Source of the DNA: Anolis carolinensis
Taxonomy: Eukaryota
Direction of reading: 5' to 3'
Assembly (NCBI RefSeq): GCF_035594765.1
Contig: NC_085841.1
Location: 329,849,402 to 329,913,401, forward strand
Length of the DNA stretch: 64,000 bases
Below, one piece after another: positions 54,140-64,000 of this stretch (within the stretch, counting starts at the first letter, position 1; the number at the start of each line of letters is the position of its first letter). The notes under the pieces were generated by a model that saw only the letters and a list, made by a program, of their open reading frames with translations, searched no databases and was not told the origin of the DNA. A program made the position numbers and the translations under genes.

Positions 54140-57100
54140 TAATGAACCAAAGAGACTTTTGGTACTGCCACAGTTGTATTGAGGCCCACTGTTGTTCCCC
54201 TCAGTTTGACAGTACAGAAAACTGAAAGTGTTCCCAGTATTGTTCTTTTAAAAATACTAAACTATAAAGTTAAAAAATATGAACCATGAATAGATTTTTA
54301 AAGGCTTTGTGTTGTATGTTAAATAGAGGGTGCATCTACATTGTCAAATTAATGCAGTTTGATAGCACATTAACTGCCACTGTTCAATGCTATGAAACCA
54401 TGGAAGTTGTAGTTTAGTTGGACATTGGAACTCCTGGGCAGAAAATCCTAAAAAGCTTGTAAAACTACACCTCCCATGATTCCAAAGCATCAATCTATGG
54501 TAGTTAAAAGTGGTGTCAAACAACTGCAGGAAGAACTAGAAATAATAATGGTAGAAGATATTTCAGTATAATTTGGAGTGGCTCAGTTCTCACATCTTTA
54601 TGTTGCTATAAGGTAAAGGAAAAGCTTGAGATGGTTTCAGAAGTATGCGTTTGAGTCGGATGTCACTTTAGTGGTTAAGATAACCTTGAGTTGGCCAGCC
54701 AAATGAAATCCGTGGTCAGCTAGGAAAGTGTCCCGTATATAAAGTAAAAATCTTACAAAACAAACAGTAAGTAGGAAAATATTTATAGCATGGACATTCG
54801 GTTAGCAAACGTATGGTATATTAGTACTGACTTTGGGAATCTAAAGCAAGGAATAATTTACTCCCTTTTGTCATGATTTCTACTTGGAAACCAGTTTCAT
54901 TAAGTGCAACATTTTAACAGATTATGTGTTCCAAAAGAATGTTTACATATCTTCTGTGATACAAAATGCAAGATTGATGCAAAAATGTGTTTTATAATAT
55001 GCAAAAAGTGTTAGGTATGACCACTTTTCTGCATTGCATACATAGAACTGAAAGCTCCAATAGGTTTATTAACAAGTGTTTTAAAATTCAAGAACATTGT
55101 CAAAGCTGAGGGGATCAACTTTCTATGGTACCAGACAAGTTTAAGATATAAATCAATTTCAAAAGGAATGGAAAATTCAGGCCCTATTTCCCTTGGGGGT
55201 TGGCAGCGGAGAAATTATTTCCCCAGTAAAAAAAGGACTGCCTTCCTCACAGGTAGAAAAACCAAAAACATGCACTGTTTTAAAACAATATTGAATCACC
55301 ATGCTAGATTCTGCACTTGTGTTATTACTTGAGAATAAAGAATATATTGACCAAATTTGCACAGAAGAGTAAACCACTATTCTAGCAAATGCTGACTGGT
55401 CCCACCAGGTTTCCATGTTTAGCCAACATACTGCCTCTCTTTCCACAAGGACTGAAGGCAATTGTTGAATGCCTAATCTCCCAAGAAGCATATCTTCTTT
55501 ATTCAGGTTAACCTTGTAATTCCAGTTCAGGGAACCTGACTTGAACAGTGATTGAAAGGCATCATGTATATGCTTTTATTTTTACATACCCCACAACTAA
55601 AGTCACAATTCAAATTCCATTGTATGAAAAGACTTTCATCTCTATTCATAATTTAGTAATGTTTTTCTCATGTCTGTTTGCAATTCCTGCACACTGAAGT
55701 AGACAAAAAATGCTTCTAAGGATAGCTTTATAGCCATGGAACACAGGTAGGTGATTGTAATAATGAATTGCAAGAAGCAGTAGTTCTATGCAACACTCTA
55801 TGTTTGTTTTGATAACTTCTTTCTCATTCCATACTTTTCTTCAAAGTCACACACTTTCTGTGGCTAATGGATGGAATCATAGGGTCAAATCTGTTTTAGC
55901 AGCAGCATTGACTTGCAAAACTAAGCATAAGTAATCTCTGACCACACAAAATACAGAAAAAAATAATTTCCAAGGAAATGAGCACATATTTGACTTGATC
56001 GTCATCTGAAATGCAGCGTTCATATTGGTTTCAAAATTTGTCCCTGAGCTGTAGTATCAGAAAAAGTCAAGCACAAAGGCAACTGAGTGACAAAATTTAT
56101 TTAAACAGAAAACTTCAAACCACTTCACCACTGAATCTTTCATAGATAATGACAAACTAGTTGCCAGTGCAAGCATATGTTGTGTTCCATTATAACAAAT
56201 CAACAGCAGTGTTAGCAAGAGACTGCTATCTACAGAACTAGCACTGCTGAAAAAGGAGAAGGGAACTGGATCTGAAACTGCTCTAAGGCACGTTGGCCTA
56301 TGTGCCCTTCACCTTTCAGGGCACAATCTTTGTTCAAAATGTGTCTTTGGTTGCATAGCAGGACTGGTGCATATATTGTGGTCTGTAACAGGCACAGCTT
56401 GGACAGTGTGAATCCTTTAAGGCACATATATTGCCGTGGAATACAGGTGACTATCCCTCAATAACCCAATACCACCGCTAGACTTCAGGGAAATCTTGTC
56501 TATGCACTTTGTTTTTCAAATTCCGAGTACTGAGAAATAATATAAAATGCTGTAGGAGAGGGACTCCCATTAACACAGCGATTCCTTTAAGATTATGGAT
56601 TGGGCTTAATTCCCTTTCACTTCCTATTTTATAATAGGACAGTCTATTATCATATGAAAGAGATAAAACAATCCAACACTTAATATCAGCCAAGTGGCAT
56701 AATGATTTACTGAACATTTGGTATTTTTTTATTTGCAGGCTCCTTTTCCTTCTTTCCCACTAAGGAAAGGCACAACAAACTTTTTTTTCTTGGGACTGAA
56801 CAGAAGAAAAAAAATCTGATTCAGTTCCAACAGAGAATTAAGAGAGGAATCAAGTGAATCCTTTATAATGCACTATTTGAGGTAAGAAACTCATCTCTAG
56901 GCAAAATAATTTTAAAAACAGATGTAGTTTGTAGTATAAAAGAGTGGATGAGGGGATGCTTAAGAATAGTTTTATGAAAGGTTGAAATTATAATGTAGGA
57001 TTACCAAATCAAAAATACGGGACACTAAGCTGATACAGCAACTCTTCTAGAATATAAAGCTATAATGTTCTTAAAATAAGGAACAATGGGAATTTCACTC

Positions 57101-58115
57101 CATGATAGGGAGGTAACCGGATGTGGCGCCAAGAAGTCACATCTGCACCAAAGTCCTACATTGATTAACTGAACAGTTTAGCAAAGATATTAGCATAATT
57201 TTAATGGGAAAATAGAAAGTCCTATCTTCAAGTTTCCTTCATATACAGCTTAGTACTAAAAATATAAGAAATGCTCTGAAGCGATGTATAATGGCTTCCT
57301 GTAATTTGGCTGCATGGAGGAATTCTATTAAAATGAATATGGCTCCAATTTCCACAAGTACTGGGTAGGAACAACAAACTGAATAAAGGACACAAAGGGG
57401 CTTTCAACAGCTCATTCTGGTATCCATTCTAAGCTGACACTAACTGGTGGGAATGCTAAGGAAAATGTGCCTGAGATCCTCTCCCAATTATTCCTTAAGT
57501 AAAAAAAAAAGCTATAAATACCTTCCATACAAGGTGGAGGAAGCATGGCCATAACTACATTTAAGTGAATGACGTAAATTCTGTTACTGAAGCTTTCATT
57601 TTCAGAGCAAGATCTTTCTTAGACCTCCCTATCTGCAAGCAATTTCCCCAACAGACTGGGGTCCTGCCCCTCTGAGTTTAGCCTGACAGCCTTTCAGTTT
57701 CACTCAAAATGTGAGTGCTCATTTGTTTTTCTCTTTTCAACCACGTTTCCTGGTTCAGTTGCCTTAAAATGAAATGACTATATCTAGGGGTTCAATGCCA
57801 CCTGTCAAAAGTTGTGAAAGAAACTGAGGATGTGCTGCATTGGAGTGGCTATCTGGTCTCAAGGACAGCCTGACATAATGTATATACTGAGAGGGCTTGC
57901 TGCCAACAGGATGTTTAAGCAGACTAAGGCTTGAACCTGGGACTCTGACTCTCCCTGAATTACCTCCTAAGTCCATAGTGCTTCCCTTCTTCCATACATG
58001 GATGCTGTGAAGATCCTGACCTCCTTGTTCACAAAGGACCTGAAGCCAGGAAAGCTGCTCTCTGCATTCAGTTAATATGATGTGAAATTGGATGGATCCT
58101 AGTAGACTCAGAAGA

Positions 58116-58241
58116 CTACAGGCTGAAGCGGCATGACTCAGTTCCCAGAAGGCACCAGGAGTCGGAATCCAAGTCAGGCTTTGGATCCATTTCCGTTTCT
58201 TCTTTGGTGGTTTGTGTGGCTTTGGAATTAGCCTCCATCTT
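58116..58241 (-). CDS. NEK9: NEK9 last coding exon
   Basis: [44 protein letters not shown]. Confidence 0.93.
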   Translation of the reverse strand, partial: KMEANSKATQTTKEETEMDPKPDLDSDSWCLLGTESCRFSL

Positions 58242-61200
58242 CTGTCCAGACAGAAAAAAAAAGATTCACTGCCAGCTAAGTAAAAATATCGGTAATGTAT
58301 TACAATATGAAATATGCTCATCAGATGTCTGGTTTGAATGCAGTTGTGCTGAATTCCTGGTTATTTCACAAATCTATAAAGAATAAAATGGCAAAGTGTA
58401 TGGTGCAACATTGCCAATTAAATATTACTAAAATGTCTTCTATGTATTAAGAATATACACACATACATACGGGGACAGTCTGCCCTTGTTATTAGCTAAC
58501 TGGGCTAATATGTACAAAGTATTAGACAAGCAGTTGAGAGAAAAAATAACTGTATTCTAATAATTATAATTGTATCCCGACTGCCAGATCCCAGGGTTCT
58601 CCAAGGTAGGGGAAAGGGAATGAAAGCGGTGTGGTTTAGATGGGGCCCGTCTATTTCCAGTGCTGGCTGACACTAACATTCCAGATTAATTTGGCATTTT
58701 CCCCGACTGCTCTCAAAAACTTGCTTTTTTTTTTTTTACCATACATGGCCTCTTGAAATAATAGAAAGTGAAAGGCCAAGATTGTCTGAAATTCTTGGAT
58801 CATTACAGTGCAATCCAGAGTCTATGTTCAGTCACACGGTAACCCACTCTTATCCAGTGATTCTATATCTCAGCACCAATTGCCAAGAATTTCAAGAATA
58901 CTCAGAACAATTCTGCTTTCTCATCTGACAAATTCCTCCAGTAGAAATGTCACCTCCTGGGTTCCTTGTGTCCTTTTGATGAGACTCTGGAGCTGAGCAT
59001 TGAGGCGGCTGGTTTCCTGCTGAAGCTTCTCCTGGTCAGCCAAGCACTTCGAGATTAAGCTACTCAGGCGCTCCACTTCAGCCTGCAGTAAACTGCATTT
59101 ACATGGAGTTGGTACTGCAGAGGTGTTTTCACCACTACAAGGTTCTGCTGAATCTGGAAGGCGCTGCAACAAAATGAGCTTAAATTAGTTTGTATGTAGA
59201 CATGTAGACATCTATGCCCAATATGTAAAACTGCTTGTCTATGTTATGGCTGGAAAATAAGAACAGAGCTAATTTCAGAATCTAATCTAATTTCGGAAAG
59301 TGATGAGTGATCTAATAGGGTCTTTCATAGGTTTTGTGTGTGTGTGTGTGTGTGTGTGTGTCTGTGTGTCAGGAGCGACTTGAGAAACTGCAAGTCGCTT
59401 CTGGTGTGAAAGAATTGGCCATCTGCAAGGACGTTGCCAAGGGGATGCCCAAATGTTTTTTTTTTTTAATGTTTTTACAATCCTTGTGGGAAGCTTCTCT
59501 CATGTCCTCACATGGAGTTGATAGAGCTCCAGTTGGATTTAAACCTTCAGGTCAGCAACCCAACCTTCAAGTCATCAGTCCTGCCGACACAATGGTTTCA
59601 CCCACTGCGTCGCTGGAGGCTCCCTTTCATAGGTACAGTAGAGTCTCACTAATCCAAGCCTCGCTTATCCAAGCCTCTGGATTATCCAAGCCATTTTTGT
59701 AGTCAATGTTTTCAATATATCGTGATATTTTGGTGCTAATTCGTAAATACAGTAATTACAACATAACATTACTGCGTATTGAACTACTTTTTCTGTCAAA
59801 TTTGTTGTATAACATGATGTTTTGGTGCTTAATTTGTAAAATCATAACCTAATTTGATGTTTAATAGGCTTTTCCTTAATCCCTCCTTATTATCCAAGAT
59901 ATTCGCTTATCCAAGCTTCTGCTGGCCCGTTTAGTTTGGATAAGTGAGACTCTACTGTACTTCATATGATAGCATGAAACAGACATAAAAGATATTGGCC
60001 CCTGATAGTTTTTAGCAGTCTACCCCTCGATTCCACTTGATCAACTGCTTGTGTGGTTAATTGTGTTGCCATTAATTAACCATCATAAAAAGACTGCCCT
60101 CTTCCTGTTTTGTTTACTACATGTAATCTGTTTTCAGACTAATTTATAATCCTTGCTGAGTTCTGTAGATCCATTCAGTTTAAAAAACATTCTATTAACA
60201 CACCTCTTATCCTTAATAGAGAAACGTTTTAAAAGCCGCTCATTATACATGCAATGGACAATCTCAGCCCTAAAGGGTTATATGATGATAGAGGTTTACT
60301 TTACCCAGGAACCTGCATTGGTCTTGTTATTATCAATAGGTGTTGGAGGAGCCATGTGGAGTCCTTTCAGTTCATCATAGGGAAGAGTTTCTTTGTCAGA
60401 TTCAGATTCTAGGCTTGCGAGAGAAGGAGTTTCAGGCATGGGGATGAACTCGGCACTCTCCAACTCCTAGTCAAAAAGAGATGACAAACAGATTTCTTTC
60501 TTATTCTTTCCTAAAGCTTGGGAAAGCAATCCTTTGGGACTGAAGCTCTCAGAATATCTTTACTATCACAAAAGGTAACTTATTACAAACTGTGTTAACT
60601 ACAAACCCCACCATGGATGTAATATGAGAAATACAAAGGAGAGATGCAAGTAGCTTTCTGCTTAGAGAATTGACTGAATGCAGGTGACATCTATACCATC
60701 ACAGAAATATTGTGAACACAGTGATTGTTATACAAATTATTAATACTAATATTATGTAATAATAAATACTATTATTACTAACATTATGAGCACAGCAAAC
60801 TACTGTTGGAAGTATTAATCCTGCTCTTGGAGAGTATCTTCTCAACTGTACACAAGTATCAGAATTGAGGCGCAGTAACAACCTAATTATAGTAGAATCT
60901 TCATAGTGTGGTTTTGTGTCCGAAGAATATTAAAAAATTTTCCACAGCACAGACTGAAAAGCTGGGAATAAGTTTCAAAGTCACTGTGGGAGAAAGGTTA
61001 TTTTGCTTTATCTTCTAATCCCAAGGCTAATGAATGTCATTACCTTGCGTAACCAACTGGGGCAAGAGCTGCAGGCAGCACTGCTATCTGTAATAGCTTC
61101 ATTAGCACAGATGCGATCTCCCATTTTACGGTCAGCTTCCATGGTTCCCCGGAAACCCCTGCTTGGATCAGGGATATCAGTCTCTCGCTCACTGTCTTCC

Positions 61201-63981
61201 TCTTCTCCTCCTTCAGCTGTCAAGCTTTGAGCCACTAACAAGAAATAGCAGAGTATTAAAAACTCTAAATATGTTCTTATTTCCAACCCTGATAACACAG
61301 ACTTTGTCAGGCTCCTGAATAGTAATAATTTAGCCATTATATCACACAGTCAATTATGGAAACACAACACTGAACAAGAAAGCATTGGCTAGACAGTCAC
61401 CATCCCAGCAATTCACTTGAGCCTCAAACATTGCCCACAATGTCCTGCCTCACAGGGGCCAGGCTGTGGCGCAGCTGGTTAGTAGCCTGCTACAATAAAT
61501 CACTACTGACTGAGAGGTTGTGAGTTCAAAGCCCGAGTCGGATTGAGTTCCTGACTGTTAAATAGCCCCAAGCTTGTTGTTTACCTAAGCAACCCGAAAG
61601 ACAGTTGCATCTGCCAAGTAAGAAAATTTAGGGACCACTTATACGGGGAGGCTAATTTAACTAATTTACAACACCATTAAAAGGACTCGTCACAGTGGAT
61701 GATGAAGCAGCAGCTCCTCCTGTGGCCAGAATCGAGCATACCCTCACAGCCAGAAGCTGAAAAGTTAAATAGCCTCTGTGTCTGTCTGTGTGTTGTTTGT
61801 CTAATGGCATTGAATGTTTGCCATATATATGTACATTGTGATCTGCCCTGAATCTCCTTCGGGGTGAGAAGGATGGAATAGAAATACTGTAAATAAATAA
61901 ATAAATAATTTTCATTCAGAGGTCCACCTGTTTCTAAAGACAAAGATGGTTCTAAGTACTGGAAATGACAACCTTCTCTAGCAATCTGTTTATCTATGTT
62001 CTTGTTGCATACTGTTTCCTACATGCATGTTCTGGTGTGCAGCTTCCTTTACTCTATGTTTTCTGAGAAGTTATAAAAGGGGCTGCAGACTACATGCTCT
62101 CTCTCCTTTTGACTATATGACCTATTGATAGCTGTTTTGTTATAAGAGAGATGCCCTGGCTGGCTGGCACAAGGAAACATCTCAAAGATATTTGAAACTG
62201 AACTAAAAAGTTTTTGTACTTGTGTATGTTGAACATATGAAAGTTGTGAGTAAACCAAATATGTTATTTCCATCTAAGTCTACTACATTTTTGTCTCCTG
62301 AGTGCATGATATGAAACAAGTTGTTTTATGGAAGAGTACCTTTTTGGGCACTGAAAAGAAAACACTTCTAAAGCTCTGTTGTTTTTAATGTACTGGCAAA
62401 TCTCTACTTTCCTGACGGATCGGAGATTTCTGCTTTTATTTACTTCGTGTCAAAAGCATTGCATAATAAATAAGTTTAAAAGTGATAAAATAAAGGAATC
62501 ACAAGCAGCTAAATAGTTTTAGACCAAAAGCAGGCAATAGCGATCGCATTGTCCATAGTTTTAAACAACTGCTCCTCTGTACATGAGGCAGGACATTGTG
62601 GGCAAGCATACATATGCAGAGTTATTTGTTCTGCTTCACAGTCACACAAGGTGGAGGATTCCTCCAGATAGTGCCATCTTGCCAGGTTGTCTTTTCATCT
62701 GCCCACTCTACTTCTGAGTCTGTTTAGGGATTTCCAAGTTGCCCATTGTTGGTTTGCCCCTGGAGGCAGACCCTCATGGGGAGGCATCAATTTGGGACTG
62801 CCTGCTTTAGCTACCCAGAGGGATAGTTTTGCTGTTGCTGGAGAAACATTAAGAGAAGTGGGGTTCTCATGAAGCTTTTCCTTGATTTGAGTCTACGGGG
62901 AGGAGGCTGACAGTCATGCAGTGGATGGCTTTGACAATATTCTACCTTATTTCTCTCACAGTTAGCAGTAACTTCCCATCGCACATCCGGGGGGGGGGGG
63001 GGGAATAACACCAGCTAACTTGTAGAGTTTATTAACAGGTGTAGGTTTAAGGCATCCTGTGATTATTCTGCATGTTTCGATCAGTGCTATGTTCACCTGC
63101 TTCGCATGGACAGACTTGTGCCAGACAGGACAGGCGTACTCAGCAGCTGAGTAAGACAAGGCCAGGGCTGATGTTCTTATTAATTGTGGGTCTGCACCCC
63201 ATGCACTGCCAGTAAGTTTCCACAGGATGTTATTGCATGCAGCTATTTTGTACTTGGTGTTCATGCAGTGTTTCCTATATGTTAGCGTTCGATCTAAGAT
63301 GACACCAAGATATTTAGGATGGAAACAGTATTCGAGCACTTGGACTTCCCAAGTAACTTTCAGTTACTACACAAACCCAAATGTTGCTAAATATTTCCCC
63401 CTCCTCAAAGTCTTTACTTAGGAATCAGTTAATGCCCAAAAGCCCATCTAAATGCAAGATATTTGCTTGTTCAAAGGACAGCAAAGATGGGTAAACTCTA
63501 GCCACCCACGGAAGAGAGATCCACAAACTGGGAGCAATGACCAAGAAGGTCCTTTTTCTCACCAAATGTACCTGTGAGGGTGATGGGTTTGACAAAAATA
63601 CTTTCAATGAACGTTGCCAAACCTGGACATATTCAAATGAGGAGATACAATTTTTCAGATAGTTAGGATTCAAGCCACATAGTATTTTATAGGCCATAAC
63701 CAGCACTTTGAATTGTGCCAAGAAACAGATTGGTAACTAGTGGCAGTGTCATAACAAGAAGTTTCTGTTCACTCTCTAACTAGTTCTAATAATGCAAACA
63801 AGTTCCAAATATAGCTCCATATAGAGTGCATTACAGTAGTTCAAACAGGCTGTAACCTAAGTTAAAGCTTTTCAGTCTGTGCATCAGGAACAACTCATGA
63901 TTAAACAATCTGATTACTTACCTGTTGCAATGGACAGGCCACTACTACTGGAACGGAGGATTTTAGAATTTATAACTTTTT
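58116..63981 (-). CDS. NEK9: NIMA-related kinase 9, last five coding exons (gene continues beyond window)
   Basis: Exons 63981-63922, 61234-61044, 60466-60305, 59163-58954, 58241-58116; peptides [45 protein letters not shown]. Confidence 0.95.
58954..59163 (-). CDS. NEK9: NEK9 exon (coiled coil)
   Basis: RLPDSAEPC...[30 protein letters not shown]. Confidence 0.92.
59333..59623 (-). mobile_element. tRNA-derived SINE with (CA)n tail
   Basis: 11-bp TSD CTTTCATAGGT at 59322 and 59624; 3' end GTCGCTCCTGACAC. Confidence 0.85.
59636..59957. mobile_element. Tc1/mariner MITE, complete
   Basis: Near-identical to 48193-48515; TA TSD. Confidence 0.9.
60305..60466 (-). CDS. NEK9: NEK9 exon
   Basis: [36 protein letters not shown]...NAGSW. 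Confidence 0.9.
61044..61234 (-). CDS. NEK9: NEK9 exon
   Basis: [35 protein letters not shown]...CPSWLRK. Confidence 0.93.
61455..61908 (+). mobile_element. Anolis SINE2-type (L2-tailed), full length
   Basis: GTGGCGCAGCTGG A box, GAGTTCAAAGCCC B box, L2 tail and (TAAA)n. Confidence 0.8.
62435..63365 (-). mobile_element. Vingi LINE, 5'-truncated
   Basis: [15 protein letters not shown]...AEYACPVW...[13 protein letters not shown]; 3' end TTTTGACACGAA plus (TAAA). Confidence 0.85.
63425..63860 (-). mobile_element. Decayed L2 fragment
   Basis: [11 protein letters not shown]...APSLWISLP, homologous to 9138-9360. Confidence 0.75.
63922..63981 (-). CDS. NEK9: NEK9 exon
   Basis: [19 protein letters not shown]; strong polypyrimidine acceptor and GTAAGT donor. 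Confidence 0.92.
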
Positions 63982-64000
63982 CTGGAGAGAAAAAAAGGGA

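Noticed and set aside
57764-58321. 185-aa minus-strand ORF
   Set aside because: Out-of-frame overlap with the NEK9 last exon and 3' UTR; no recognisable domain

Overview
Squamate reptile genomic DNA, most likely an anole (Sauria SINEs, Anolis-type L2/SINE2, Vingi, Penelope, hAT/Tigger/Harbinger MITEs). It carries the gene block found on human 14q24.3. Complete models: EIF2B2 (+, 8 coding exons, 352 aa), MLH3 (-, 12 coding exons, 1404 aa, endonuclease motif intact), ACYP1 (-, 2 coding exons, 99 aa) and ZC2HC1C/FAM164C (+, 2 coding exons, about 514 aa). The last five coding exons of NEK9 (-) close the window. Bases 1-18.9 kb contain no gene I can recognise and are repeat-rich. Exon boundaries were read by hand from GT-AG sites and frame continuity; family names come from recalled consensus sequences, not a search. 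The most unusual element is a complete type I hammerhead ribozyme fold (47389-47472, +) with a competing stem III hairpin. It lies in the spacer of a 119-bp inverted repeat, abutting one copy of a 320-bp local duplication between the ACYP1 and ZC2HC1C promoters. In addition, three inverted Penelope-like pairs with minimal hammerhead motifs each sit within about 0.6 kb of a CpG-island promoter, and I saw none of that family elsewhere in the window.
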